Shown here piece after piece: positions 43,644-56,438 of a stretch of 64,000 nucleotides of DNA (positions are counted from its first letter, which is position 1; each line of letters opens with the position of its first letter). Under the pieces are notes generated by a model. The model made no database searches, had not been told where the DNA came from, and worked only from the letters and a program-made list of their open reading frames with translations. Made by a program: the position numbers and the translations under genes. Source of the DNA: Octopus sinensis. Lineage: Eukaryota. The stretch covers positions 15,190,001 to 15,254,000 of the forward strand of contig NC_043007.1 in the NCBI RefSeq assembly GCF_006345805.1. Reading direction: 5' to 3'.

Positions 43644-44030
43644 TCTATTATATAAAATCCGTTCTCTCTGTCTGTTAGTGTGTGTGTCTTCTAGGATCTC
43701 GGGCGTCCTCTATCCGATTGCGCTCAAATTTGATATGTAGATACCGACGGTATCAGGGCGTGTATAAGTCTTGAAAAAAATTACAAAAATCGATTCCAGG
43801 TGCGAATGCGATCGATAAAGCCGTGGGAAAGTGCATTTGTAAAATCGTTTTTCTTGGAATAGAAAAAAGTCTATCTTTATTTCTTCTTTTGCTGGTGTCT
43901 CAAATTTAGGTTAAATCAGTGTTTCTCAAAGGAGAGGCCTATAAGACAGTCGGACAAGTTGTTTTGAGAAAATTTGGTTTAAATGTTTGACAACTCAGCA
44001 CCATCCATTGGACAGGGGAGGTTTTGCTCG
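43644..44030 (+). mobile_element. Non-autonomous Helitron-like element
   Basis: A|TCTATTATATAAAATCC start; homologous to 15058-15380. Confidence 0.6.
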
Positions 44031-44125
44031 TATATATATATATATTAATAGTAATGAAAAGACAGCAAAAGAATGAAAGAGACTTCGATATTATGTAAAT
44101 TGAGGAATTTATCTGTAATATAATA

Positions 44126-44265
44126 TGTGACAATTATTCGGTTGCCATAATAAAACTACAAATTTCTGTGCCTCGGTAACTGAAGAAGATGCTGGTGGTG
44201 CAGGTTTCAGCCCCGACTTCCGAAACTCGGAGGAGTTTTATTATGGCAACCGAATAATTGTCACA
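44126..44265. mobile_element. 140-bp MITE, perfect 32-bp TIRs (TGT...ACA), 5-bp TSD TAATA
   Basis: 44126-44157 is exactly complementary to 44234-44265; TAATA at 44121-44125 and 44266-44270. Confidence 0.88.
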
Positions 44266-44286
44266 TAATATATTACATATATATAT

Positions 44287-44334
<48 letters not shown>

Positions 44335-44400
44335 GTGTGTGTGTGTATGTATGTATGTATGTATAGTATATCCATACACATACATACATGCATGCATATA

Positions 44401-44710
44401 TAGGAGTGGTGTGTGGTAAGTAGCTTGCTTACCAACCACATGGTTCCGGGATCAGTCCCACTGTGTTGCACCTTGGGCAAGTGTCTTTTCTATAGCCTCG
44501 GCCCGACCAAAGCCTTGTGAGTGGATTTGGTAGACGGAAACTGAAAAAGCTTGTCGTATATATGAATACATATATATATATATATATATATAGATAATAT
44601 ATATATATATATATATAATATATGTGTGTGTGTGTGTGTGTGTTGTGTGTCTGTGTTTGTACCCCCAACATCACTTGATAACCGATGCTGGTGTGTTTAC
44701 GTCCCCGTAA
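44401..44710 (+). mobile_element. SINE group S3, 3'-truncated
   Basis: Plus-strand head, core and internal (TA)(TG) tract. Confidence 0.88.
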
Positions 44711-45745
44711 TCGTGATCACTCGACCTGCTTAAAATAATAGCCATATCTCAATCGGATCACATCATGCTAGGTTAAGGATTCTTTGTTCAGTGTACACTA
44801 TTTTGAAATAGGATAGAGTTCTATGGTTGAAACACTTTCTTTCATGGATCCGCTTGATCAGGATCGACGATGAATACAAAATAACATCAATATCAAGTTC
44901 CTCAAGAGATATATTGTAGCTACGTTACTAAATAACATTGCCTTCGACAATCACCATCACGGCAACACATGCATGGTAACTATTAGAACGGATAAAGACA
45001 CCTTCGAGCCTCGCCCACTCATTACAGTCAGGCTTCTTGGCTCTGTAATAATAACATCTCAACAAACGTTTTCAAATCCTCTCATTCACACCTCTTAAAC
45101 CCAAAATAATCTTGATGATAAAGCAACTACATTAGATGCCCGCTTAGATTGTAATTCCATCTGGAGACAACACCCAACCCGAGCAACACCCACACATTCA
45201 CATACATATATATAAACACAAACAGTAATTGCTCGTCTCTGGACCGCACAACGGAATCTCAGCGCGGTCGCTTGATTTGCAAAAAAATAACGCAATTTTT
45301 TCTCAAATCAACCAGTAATCTTTAAAAGAGAACACATTGGATAATAAACTCTTAAATAACATATGTTTGAAAAGCAATTGGGATTATTTGGGAAGTAATG
45401 CCTTTAATCGTGGATTTGTTCGATTAAGGTTGAGCTGGGGCTAAGCCCTTCCAATCTCCATCACCTCCCCCAACACAACAAAAGAGAAACAAAGACACAA
45501 TCTGATGCGGATGATGCTCTCCTACAAACTTCGATAAGCTCTCGAATATAACTCCAACCATAAATAACCTAAATATCTCCCTTCCCCCATGAATACAGTA
45601 ATCCTACGAACAAACACATTCCATGAACAAACATGCTTTAATGATAACCGGTTCTCCTTCAACAGAACCAATGCCCAATGACTGCACACGTATCAAGGAA
45701 ACAGTACACTGCCCTGTGTTATTGTCTGTTTCTCTCTCTTCTCTT

Positions 45746-46129
45746 GGAAGCACTCCGTCGGTTACGACGACGAGGGTTCCGGTTGATCCGAATCAACGGA
45801 ACAACCTGCTCGTGAAATTAACGTGTAAGTGGCTGAGCACTCCACAGACACGTGTACCCTTAACGTAGTTCTCGAGGATATTCAGCGTGACACAGAGAGT
45901 GACAAGGCCGGCCCTTTGAAATACAGGTACAACAGAAACAGGAAGTAAGAGTGAGAGAAAGTTGTGGTGAAAGAGTACAGCAGGGATCACCACCATCCCG
46001 TGCCGGAGCCTCGTGGAGCTTTAGGTGTTTTCGCTCAATAAACACTCACAACGCCCAGTCTGGGAATCGAAACCGCGATCCTATGACCGCGAGTCCACTG
46101 CCCTAACCACTGGGCCATTGCGCCTCCAC
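45746..46129 (-). mobile_element. SINE group S2 (core A, tail X), full length, flanked by ~158-bp direct repeats
   Basis: Complete head to GACGGAGTGC tail; flanks 45588-45745 and 46129-46288 nearly identical. Confidence 0.92.
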
Positions 46130-46655
46130 ATGAATACAGTAATCCTACGAACAAACACATTCCATGAACAAACATGCTTTAATGATAACCGGTTTCCTTC
46201 AACAGAACCAATGCCCAATGACTGCACACGTATCAAGGAAACAGTACACTGCCCTGTGTTTTTGTCTTCTGTGTCTCTCTCTTCTCTTAACTCACATCTA
46301 AAACGATCAGAATCTTTACTAATGATACATCTCCCAATGTGGCTTCTATGTTCCATGGCAACCATATATTTAAGTGCCAAAACTACATTTTAGAATCGTC
46401 AAAGCGAGAAGATATTTCAGAATCTACTCTAGAAAGCTACTTGCATATAAATGAGAAATCAGCTGCTGTACTAACAAATGTAGATCGCATCCAAACATGC
46501 CGTTTTTTATGTTACCTATTGATTATACACACAAGTATGTCTACACCACCTGTCTTCGTCTTTTGTTTTTTTTGTGAATTCTCCCTATATATATAATATA
46601 TATATATATTCACCCACACCACACCACCACCACACACACACCAACACACATATAC

Positions 46656-46689
<34 letters not shown>

Positions 46690-46702
46690 CATATAGATAT
46701 AA

Positions 46703-46787
<85 letters not shown>

Positions 46788-46878
46788 ATACAGAGTAATT
46801 TATTTTAGTACCACTACTAAATGAACTTCTTTCCCCTGTGGACTCGGAATAACTTCTCTAATATTAATATTAATTATC

Positions 46879-46912
<34 letters not shown>

Positions 46913-47284
46913 CTATATATATATATTATATATATATATGTATATATATTATATATATACATAAAAAGAATAAGGAAAGGTAGAAAATTAAAAATAATTT
47001 TATCATGAAGAAAATTTTAGTACCGGTCCAGTCTCTGCGACATTTTCAGCCTAGAGTAAAGTATGAAAAGCAATTAAATTGTGGAAAAATTAAGCGAAAT
47101 AGTTTTGTTAGAATATTTCCATAATTCTCAAATATTATTTTTTTCTATCGCTTTCTCTCTTTTACTTTTATGAAGGCTCGGTAGGTAGGTAGTAATCAAT
47201 ACATAACATAAATATATATATATATATACATACACATACATACACGCACACTCACCCCCCCCATTTATATATATATATATATAT

Positions 47285-47681
47285 TCTTTTACTTGTTTCA
47301 GTCATTTGACTGCGGCCATGCTGGAGCACCGCCTTTAATCGAGCAACTCGACCCCAGCACTTATTCTTTGTAAGCCCAGTACTTATTCTATCGGTCTGTT
47401 TTGCCGAACCGCTAAGTGACGGGGACGTAAACACACCAGCATCGGTTGTCAAGCAATGCTAGGGGGACAAACATGGACACACAAACACACACGCACATAT
47501 ATATATATACATATATACGACGGGCTTCTTTCAGTTTCCGCCTACCAAATCCACTCACAAGGCTTTGGTCGGCCCGAGGCTATAGTAGAAGACACTTGCC
47601 CAAGGTGCCATGCAGTGGGACTGAACCCGGAACCATGTGGTTGGTAAACAAGCTACTTACCACACAGCCACTCTTGCGCCT
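47285..47681 (-). mobile_element. SINE group S3 (full length)
   Basis: Colinear with the other S3 copies. Confidence 0.92.
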
Positions 47682-48181
47682 ATATATATATGCATGTATG
47701 TGTCAAATAAATGCGAGCTACTAATAATTTCTTACTTTAGAGAGGCAGGTCCAGGAAGGTTTTGGTAACATGTTATGTGTCTTCAAGCAGTGTTCATATT
47801 TCTAGCACTTGGTTTATTCAGTTTGCAAATAAGGAAGCGGTTACAAGGGAAAGCTTGAGAGAGAAAAACACGAGGAGGCAGGTACAAAATGTGGAAGGGT
47901 GCACCTTATTCTCACTTTTTCTCGTGAGTTTTTCCTGTACCAGCTTCCTGCTTTGCACATTGAATAGACTAAGTGTTCCCAGCCTGAACATTTTTGGGAG
48001 ACACAAGGCGTGTTATAAAAACCTGGTCTGGATCCGTTTCTCCAAATCGTGCAACTATTAGTAGTACGTATCTTCTATACAATGTATTTTAAATGAGATT
48101 TATCACTCAGCAGATGGAATGATTATTTTTTGATCTTACCGTAACGGTTTAGTAAACTACACACACACACACACCACACAC

Positions 48182-48221
<40 letters not shown>

Positions 48222-48628
48222 TATATATATATATATATATCAAAAGGATGTGTTATAATATTATTCCACAGCCATACCAACAATCCAACATACCTCCTTC
48301 ATCAGCCTGCGCCACGGATATCATTATGGCTTCGACACCCGGGCAGTACCATTCAATCCGGTGGTGTCAACAGCAGTAAAATAAGTATTGCTTGGGAACA
48401 AACAAACCAAAGAAACCACAACTTGAAACACATTTACCCTATGTAGAACCATATCAATAATTAAATTCAATACATACACATATGTACGTATACACACACA
48501 CACACACACATATATATATAAATATATATAAATATATATATATATATATGCATATATATATATACAACAATATACATATATAAATACAAACATGTACATA
48601 ATATATAATATATATATAATATAACCTA

Positions 48629-48670
<42 letters not shown>

Positions 48671-48711
48671 CTAATATATATATATATATATATATATTAT
48701 ATTTCTTAATC

Positions 48712-48885
48712 TCTCTAAAGGAGACTACGGAATCAGTGCTGGATATTAATAGTTATCGCCAAGCTAACATGGCAGTCCTGAAAATAGGACGAATGCTGCC
48801 GTTGATTAGCTCCAAGAGGCCAACGCCTCTAGCTAGCTATGTGAAACACAAACTTGTGTCCATTACAACCGTCGAACATATAGAC
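48712..48885 (-). ncRNA. Structured island between (TA)n tracts, paralog of the 3' domain of 21779-22052
   Basis: About 65-70% identity by eye over ~105-110 nt, same helix order, compensatory changes; no hammerhead in this copy. Confidence 0.6.
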
Positions 48886-48920
48886 ATATAAGTATTATAT
48901 ATAAATATATAAAACACATA

Positions 48921-48977
<57 letters not shown>

Positions 48978-49502
48978 ATATATATATATAATATTATTAT
49001 ATATATATATATATATATGTATATGATTAATGTACTTGAATAGCATTAATTACTTAAATACTTCTTTCTTCCCTTATACAGCAGAATGACCGCGTTCATT
49101 CTGTTGTATAATTTCAATACAGAAAAAATTGAAAAACATAAACGTGATTGTCTTATTGAAAACGAGGCTATTTTTCACAATCAGATATAGTCTACAAAGT
49201 ACATAAAAAAACATAAAAAAAAGAACACCCAAAATATTATCACCAGATCTACAACCCTCTCTGGTTGTCTGTCTATCTACGTTTATTCTATGAACATGAA
49301 GAAACAGAACATCAGGTACCGTCCCTATTAGTCTGAGTGGGACTGAAAATGTCACAGCTATTGAGCCGAGACAATCTTAAACACGAAGCAGTATACAGGG
49401 TGTTTTTATCTTTTTCACCCGTTTCTGAGCTTGATTTCGTGATGTACATTACAGAATTTTCTCTCTAAGTATTATATTCTTTTCTTTGTATACATATATG
49501 CA

Positions 49503-49552
<50 letters not shown>

Positions 49553-49558
49553 GCACAT

Positions 49559-49600
<42 letters not shown>

Positions 49601-50127
49601 AAAGGCACATACACGCACACACACACACATATATATATATATTACATATAGTTTCATGTAAAAACGCTTTGTTAAAAATATTTTGTTCATACTATAGCTC
49701 TCTATTTTTCTTTCTATATGTCTTCGAAGATTTTGGTGGCTTACTAAGTATTTTAAGTCACGCTTCTTTTCTATTGAAACATGTGTGTGTATGTGTGTAT
49801 GTATGTACGTATGTGTGTTTGTGTGTGTTTCTTAATGTGTTTTTAAGTTTTAGCTTTTCAAGTCTGGTTTTGAAAAAGTGATTTCTTTCTTCTAGACAGA
49901 GTAATATGACATTGCGCACTTTATACATATCATACATTTCAACTATAAATGCTGAGTGAGCACCACTGAGGCCTTCAAAGCAAATATTTTCGATTTATTA
50001 TCTAAATCCAAATTAAAAGCAAACAGCTGGCAGAATCATTTGGGATTTACTTTGTTTATATTTACCGTTTGTTGTTTTTTCTTATCGAATGACGGAATAT
50101 TTTAAAAGCCATTTTGATACGCCGTCA

Positions 50128-50400
50128 CATGGTGGGACATATCCTAAGCTGCTTTATTGCCATCGTATAGTGGAACGTGTCTTAATCTGTTTTACTATAT
50201 CTTCGTGTTTTGGGACATGGCGTATGCTGTGTAAATGTACTGTCGTATGGGAGGATATACCTTAAGCTTATTTTAAAAAGTCACCATAGAGTGGATCATG
50301 TCTTAAGCTGATCTAATGTATTTTCGCAGAGTGAGATATGTTTTAATCTGGTTTAATATGTCCTCGCAGAGTGGGGTATATTTTAAGCTGTTTTAACGTA
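50128..50400. repeat. Degenerate 40-bp minisatellite, 7 units
   Basis: TAAGCTG-like anchor at 50145, 50183, 50223, 50263, 50304, 50344 and 50384. Confidence 0.75.
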
Positions 50401-50689
50401 GAAATACATAAATAACAAACGCTGAATAATATTTCTAGTCCACTGCATTTTGATGATCCCTTTAGTTTGTTGATATTCTCAGGATCTAATTCAATTAACT
50501 TTCTCGTTCTATTGTAATTCAGAATTCTTCTCAAATATATTTGCTTGCATATTAATTTATTTCCCATTTATGTGAGATGGATTTAGTATATTCATACACA
50601 CACAGAATCGCTGGAGCACGCACACACACACAAACACGAATGTTACCTTGATATTTGATAAGATTAGAACATTTCATCTTATAAATTAT

Positions 50690-51340
50690 TGTAAACATAT
50701 ATCAAGGTTGGTTTCTTCTAATTTGTTTTAAATGTTGGTTTCAAATTTTGATACAAGGTACCAATTTCAGGGAGTGGGTGGGGGTGGGGGAGATTATTCG
50801 ATTACATCGACCTCTGTATTTAACTGGTACATGTGTAATCAATCTCAGAAGGACGAGAGGCAAAATCGACCACTGCGGAATTGAACTCAGAACAAAAAGA
50901 GAGACGAAATACCTATTTCTTTACTACCTGCAAGGAGCTAAACACAGAGAGGACAAACAAGGACAGATAAACGGATTATGTCGATTATATCGTCCCCAGT
51001 GTGTAACTGATACTTAATTTATCGACCCCGAAATGATGAATGGCAAAGTCGACTTCGGCGACCTCGCTAAGCATTTTGCCCGGCGTGCTCACGATTCCGC
51101 CAGTTCGCCACCTTATACATAATGTAATACTGATTTCAAATTTTGGCACAAGGCCAGCAAGTTCGGAGGAGGGGATAGTCGATTATATCGACCCCAATTT
51201 TCAACTGGTACTTATTTTATCGACCCTGAAGAGATGAAAGGCAAAGTCGACCACGGTGGAATTTGAACTCAGAAAGTAAAGACAGATGAATTGCCGCTAA
51301 GTGTATTGTTCGGTGTGCTAACAATTCCTCCAGCTCGCTG
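50690..51340 (-). mobile_element. Cluster of three or four diverged SINE S1 pieces
   Basis: Repeated reverse-complement S1 cores; head-to-tail junction at 50913/4. Confidence 0.82.
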
Positions 51341-52064
51341 CCGTATACAGAATAAACTATTGTTTTCAAATATCATACCCTGTATAACTGGATTGTTTGT
51401 AAAACTCGTATAGCACGAGTTGATACACTTTGAATAGTTTTTCTCGGGCTGACAAGGAATCTAAAAATTGTGTAACCTAATGGAGATATATGCCTGTTAT
51501 ACAAGCCGATCGTGTGACTACATTAGCTCATTTATTAGCCTGTTGCTTTTGATAGTGTTGACAAAAGAAAATGATTTGTAATTGACTCTTTTTGGTGTTG
51601 TTTAGAATCAAATCATTCATAATTCAGCAGAGCTGTGGACGAAGTTGCTTTAGCTATAATCATCCTCTTTTTAAAATATTTATTTACGCATTTTGTGTAT
51701 GTAGGACTTCATTATTCATAACGTGCGTCTACTTTTTAAAAGTGAACTGTGATAGACTTGGGTTTTATTTTTAGCTGAACCAATTGCGTCTAAGGATGCA
51801 CCGTTTTTACAATGTTATTGTTTTTGCTATTTTTGCAGTAATTTAGTACCTGGGAGATTTGGCTATAAGTTTTCACGACGTCAAGTCACCGCATTAGAGG
51901 ATTATTCTCGTGCTTCGATTTGTCCTTAACGCTGCTTGTTGTCTTCTGTATAAAGAAGAATGAGTGTTGAACAAAAGACGACTACAATTGGCGAATACAA
52001 TATTGTTTCCTGACATGACCGTAAAAAGTTCACAAGATAAAATACTTGTACTCATAGGAGAGAT

Positions 52065-52325
52065 AGAGGCGCGTAGATTAGTGGTTAAGGTGTCAGCACC
52101 ATGATCGTAAGATTGTGGTTTCGATTCCTGGACCGGGCGACGCGTTGTGTTCTTGAGCAAAACACTTCATTTCACGTTGCTCCAGTTCACTCAGCTGGCA
52201 AAAATGAGTAACGCTGCAATGGACTGGCGTCCCGTCCAGCTGGGGAAGACATACGCCATAGAAACCAGGAAACCGGACCCATGGCCTGGCTAGGCTTTAA
52301 TAGGGCGCATTTATTATTATTTATT
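52065..52325 (+). mobile_element. SINE group S2 (core B, tail Y) with (ATT)n tail and 16-bp TSD
   Basis: TACTCATAGGAGAGAT at 52049-52064 and 52326-52341. The reconstructed flank reads ILVLIGEMNS, possibly an APE remnant. Confidence 0.92.
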
Positions 52326-52549
52326 TACTCATAGGAGAGATGAATTCCATGTGATTAGTAAATAATCTAAAATTAAAGGACGAAGATTGGAGAATAATGT
52401 TGTGGTCGTATTGACTGAAGTATTGTAAATAAAAATTCATTAAGCTGCTGTTAAATCAAAAATACCCCGAACATTCTTCCCTCTTCACGGCTCTTTAGGT
52501 TTTTTGTGTCTTTTATCTTTTACTTGTTCCAGCCATTTGTTTTGTTCCT

Positions 52550-52841
52550 TCTCGAGCTATGCCTGGCTCATAAGGACCGATTTCCCGGTTTCCTTGGAGT
52601 ATAAGTTCCCCACCTGGACGGGACGCCGGTCCGTCGCAGGTGAGCTGCTAGATGCAGGAAGAAAGAGTGAGAGAAAGTTGTGGCGAAAGAGTCAGCAGAA
52701 GTTCGCCACTACCTTCTGCCGGAGTCGCGTGGAGCTTAGGTGTTTGGCTCATAAACACATACATCGCACGGTCTGAGGTTCGAACCCGCAATCCCTCAAC
52801 CGCGAGTCCGCTGCTCTAACCACTAGGCCATGCGCCTCCAC
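52550..52841 (-). mobile_element. SINE group S2 (core A, tail Y') inserted at the tail of an old S3 copy (52843-53100)
   Basis: TSD-like ACTTGTT(C/T)CAGCCAT at 52522-52536 and 52840-52854. Confidence 0.88.
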
Positions 52842-54051
52842 TTGTTTCAGCCATGCTGGGGCACTGCCTTGAATGGGGGTTAGTCGAACAAATCGGCCCC
52901 AATATGTATTTTAAATATGGTACTTATACTATCAGTCTCTTTAGCCGAACTGCTAAATTACGGAGACATAAAAGTTTAAAAGCGAGGAAGGAGAAGACAA
53001 ACACACGCTCACGACGGGCCATCAGTTTCTGTCTATCAAAACCTCTTTCAAGGGTTTTGACTGGTGCGGGGGTATAGCAGAAGAGACTGGCCTAACGTGT
53101 TACATAGTGGGATTGAACGTAAAACTAAGTCGTTCTAAGGCAACGCTCATCTATGAAACCTCCTTAAGAATATATCTTACCGATGCAAATCATTACCACT
53201 TTCTTCAGATTCCAGGTTTTCTTCTATCAGCACTTTACCATTTTCCGATGTAAACCATTAAAAGTCTTCATGGACACCAAATTTTTTTCCCTGCTAAAAC
53301 TTCCTATTTTCCGAAGCTGACCATTACCAATTTGTTTTTATTTATTATATTTCTTAATATATTGTTATTATTATTATTTTTTTTTTTTAGTTTCTTGTTT
53401 CACTTTGATATAAACGTGATTGATCTCAGTGATGTTATAAACGTCTACGTTATTTTAAAATGTAGGACAAACATATTTGAAACCTCTTATTTCTGTGATC
53501 TGGCATGTTAATCCCATAATGGAATTTAGCACATACAACGAAGCTAAAAGAGGGAGGGATGTTATAATCTTTACAGAGAACCAGCGAACGAGAATGTCTT
53601 CGAATATTCATCTTATGACCGAAGTAATACTTCTTTTCCTTTTTCTTTTTCCTTTTTCCTATTTTGTTCCTGTTATGTATTCACACACACACACACACAC
53701 ACACATACACACACACACACACACAGATATATGTATATGTGTATAAGTGTGTATGCGTGTGCGTGTGTGAGTGTGTGTGTATGTGTATGTGTCTTATATG
53801 TTTGTCTATGTTTGAATGCATGCTATACAATTTATGTGTAAGTGAATACAAATAGCTATCCATGTATAAATCTATGCAAATCTATGTATGTATATATATA
53901 TATATATATACAGAAACACACACACACACACACGTGTGTGTATGTGTGTTTGTATATTTATATGTATATATGCATGTCTATCTATCTATCTATATGTATA
54001 CACACACATTTATATATGTATATGTGTGCGTATGCATCAATGTATATACTT

Positions 54052-54101
<50 letters not shown>

Positions 54102-54212
54102 GAATGTGTATCTATCTATCTATCAGACAACCAATCAATCAATCAATCAATCTATCTACCTATCTGTATCTATCTATCTATCTATCTTCTATCTATCTAT
54201 CTATATATCTAT

Positions 54213-54271
<59 letters not shown>

Positions 54272-54669
54272 CCAATCAATCAATCTATCTACCTATCTGT
54301 CTATCAGTATCTATCTATCTACCTATCTAGCACATACACGCACACATACACGCGCGGGCGCGGACACACAGCAACGCACACATGTGTACAACACACACAT
54401 ACACGCGATCGTGTATATGTTGCATTGTATCTATATTTTGTATAACGGTGAATACTTGTAGCGCTTAAGATATAGAAACACGAGAATACTTTTAGATTTA
54501 TAGAAAAACATGAGGAATACGTTGGCTAAATCACGAAATAATGGAGAGAATTTCCGGAAAGAATCGGCGATGCTGTGATGGAAACAATAGGATGACTGGA
54601 TGCACAATGAACGATATAAATACAAAATGCATACAAATAACAGTACACACACACATACACATATATGTA

Positions 54670-54727
54670 TATGTGTTTGTATGTATATATGTATGTATAT
54701 ATGTATGTATGTACGTATGTATGTACG

Positions 54728-54761
<34 letters not shown>

Positions 54762-54980
54762 TGTATGTATGTATGTATGTATGTATGTATGTATGTATGT
54801 ATGTATGTATGTATGTATGTATGTATGTATGTACGTATGTATGTATGTATGTATGTATGTATGTATGTATGTATGTACGTACGTATGTATGTATGTATGT
54901 ATGTATGTATGTATGTATGTATGTATGATGTATGTGTATGTATGCGTGTATGTATGTATGTATGTATGTATGTATGTATA
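54670..54980. repeat. (GTAT)n microsatellite (other long ones at 15751-15860, 57110-57632, 60073-60300, 63350-63550)
   Basis: Read directly; explains MYVC/HTYI ORFs. Confidence 0.97.
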
Positions 54981-55321
54981 CATACAAACACATATACATA
55001 TATGAGTATGTATGAGTATTCTTTCTATTGGTATTTGTTTACGTGTATGTGTGTATGGGTGTATGTTTGTTGCGTGTCGGTGTTGTGTTGTGTGTGTTGT
55101 GTGTGTATATCGGTGTTGAGTGTGTGTTTACAAATGTGCACACCTTCGCATATATAGTTATGTATAATTGTTATTTTTATGCACGTATGTATTTACACAC
55201 ACACTCACGTACACACACACACACACACACATACACACACACACACGCACACATATAAACACACACAACCAAAAGGTAGAAAACGAGAGTGGTAAAAGCC
55301 GTAATCGGCTGTGAAAAAGAA

Positions 55322-55425
55322 AATGCAGAAAAAGTAATGTTAACCGATTTTGGGGACGCAAAAGGCCTTATACTGTAACATTACCTGGAAGAAGGGGTCT
55401 ACAGTCACCAGTGTAGGCTACATAA
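55322..55425 (+). mobile_element. Mariner transposase fragment
   Basis: AEKVMLTDFGDAKGLIL*HYLEEG..TVTSVGY matches mariner SAGKVMLTVFWD..GVI..DYL..G.TINS.YY. Confidence 0.7.
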
Positions 55426-55439
55426 CTACACGTGGAAGA

Positions 55440-56190
55440 CTAGAATTTAGAATCTAAGAAGAGGTGATTGCTACAAAATACCTGATAAACTAAATAGTCT
55501 GAATTCTTTTGGAGCTCCAAGATGCAACCGAAGACTTAGATTATGTCATATTTCTGTGGAAAATTCCACACATTCAAAATTATCATCAAGGTACTATCTT
55601 CCTGTGCAACATGACATTGTCGCAAAAACAATATACAATGCCTGTCCTGGAATAAATATAGAGAATCCCCCTGTTATTGAATACGTACACAAATACCAGT
55701 ACAAAGAATACTGGTGGTACATCCCCATCGAAATATCTGTCAAGTGTAAGGATAACAGGCCGGATATTGTTGTTTGGGGCTAAAAGGGAAAAAAGTATGT
55801 ACCGTCATAGAGGTCAGCTGTCCTGCTGATGTGAATATCTCTTTGAAAATCTAAGAGAAAGAGGATAATTATGTACAACTGATTGGAAACTCCAGCTTCT
55901 ATATCCAGGTTATAAAGTCATATTATACTAATAATAATTGGTACGCATGGTATTGTGAGTAAAAGCCTTACAGTCAGATTAGATAAGCTCGGGTTTTCAG
56001 AAAAAGAAATATAACTAACTCGCATATTACAAAATCAATCTGCAAGTGGAACAGTAAAAATATTCAAGACTCTTCCAAGTTTAAAATGAGAAATTGCTTT
56101 TGTTGTCTACATTCTAATGACGGGGCTCTGTATCAGTTTGAAGCCAGCACCTTTTTCAAGGGAAGAATTTAAATAACTGAAAATAGAAAA
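55440..56190 (+). mobile_element. R4/Dong-like non-LTR retrotransposon 3' portion, lineage B, with (ACAT)n tail
   Basis: Knuckle remnant RLCHISVENSTH..SSRYYLPVQHDIVAK, endonuclease NRPDIVVW..VIEVSCPADVN, terminal GTVKIFKT, 3' UTR, then (ACAT)n 56190-56283. A second 3' UTR copy lies at 56340-56438. Confidence 0.88.
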
Positions 56191-56199
56191 GGACATACA

Positions 56200-56233
<34 letters not shown>

Positions 56234-56438
56234 CATGCATACATACATACATACATACATACATACATACATACATACATACATTAAAATAAAACATACA
56301 AACCTGCACTTATACATACACATACAAAAATACGGTTGACATAGTTGAAATTCCAATGAAGGCGTCTCGGATCTTGGTTAGAAACCGACTCCTCAATTGG
56401 CAAGAAATCTTGAAATAAAACTAAATAATGACATACAT

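Noticed and set aside
44175-44242. Hammerhead-like core inside the 140-bp MITE (CTGAAGA...GAAA-CTC(GGAG)GAG-TT)
   Set aside because: Stem II cannot form at its base, and the cleavage strand lies in the right TIR, which would pair with the left TIR; the stem III match may derive from TIR sequence.
44870-46590. Decayed full Penelope element around the long-TSD SINE
   Set aside because: Only vague hints (NIKFLKR, MASMFHGNH, a type A tail at 46545-46590); insufficient without a profile search.
48760-48812. Twister or hammerhead on the plus strand of the 48712 island
   Set aside because: GTCC/GGAC-GAAT resembles stem II but CUGANGA is absent, and twister pseudoknot elements could not be placed.
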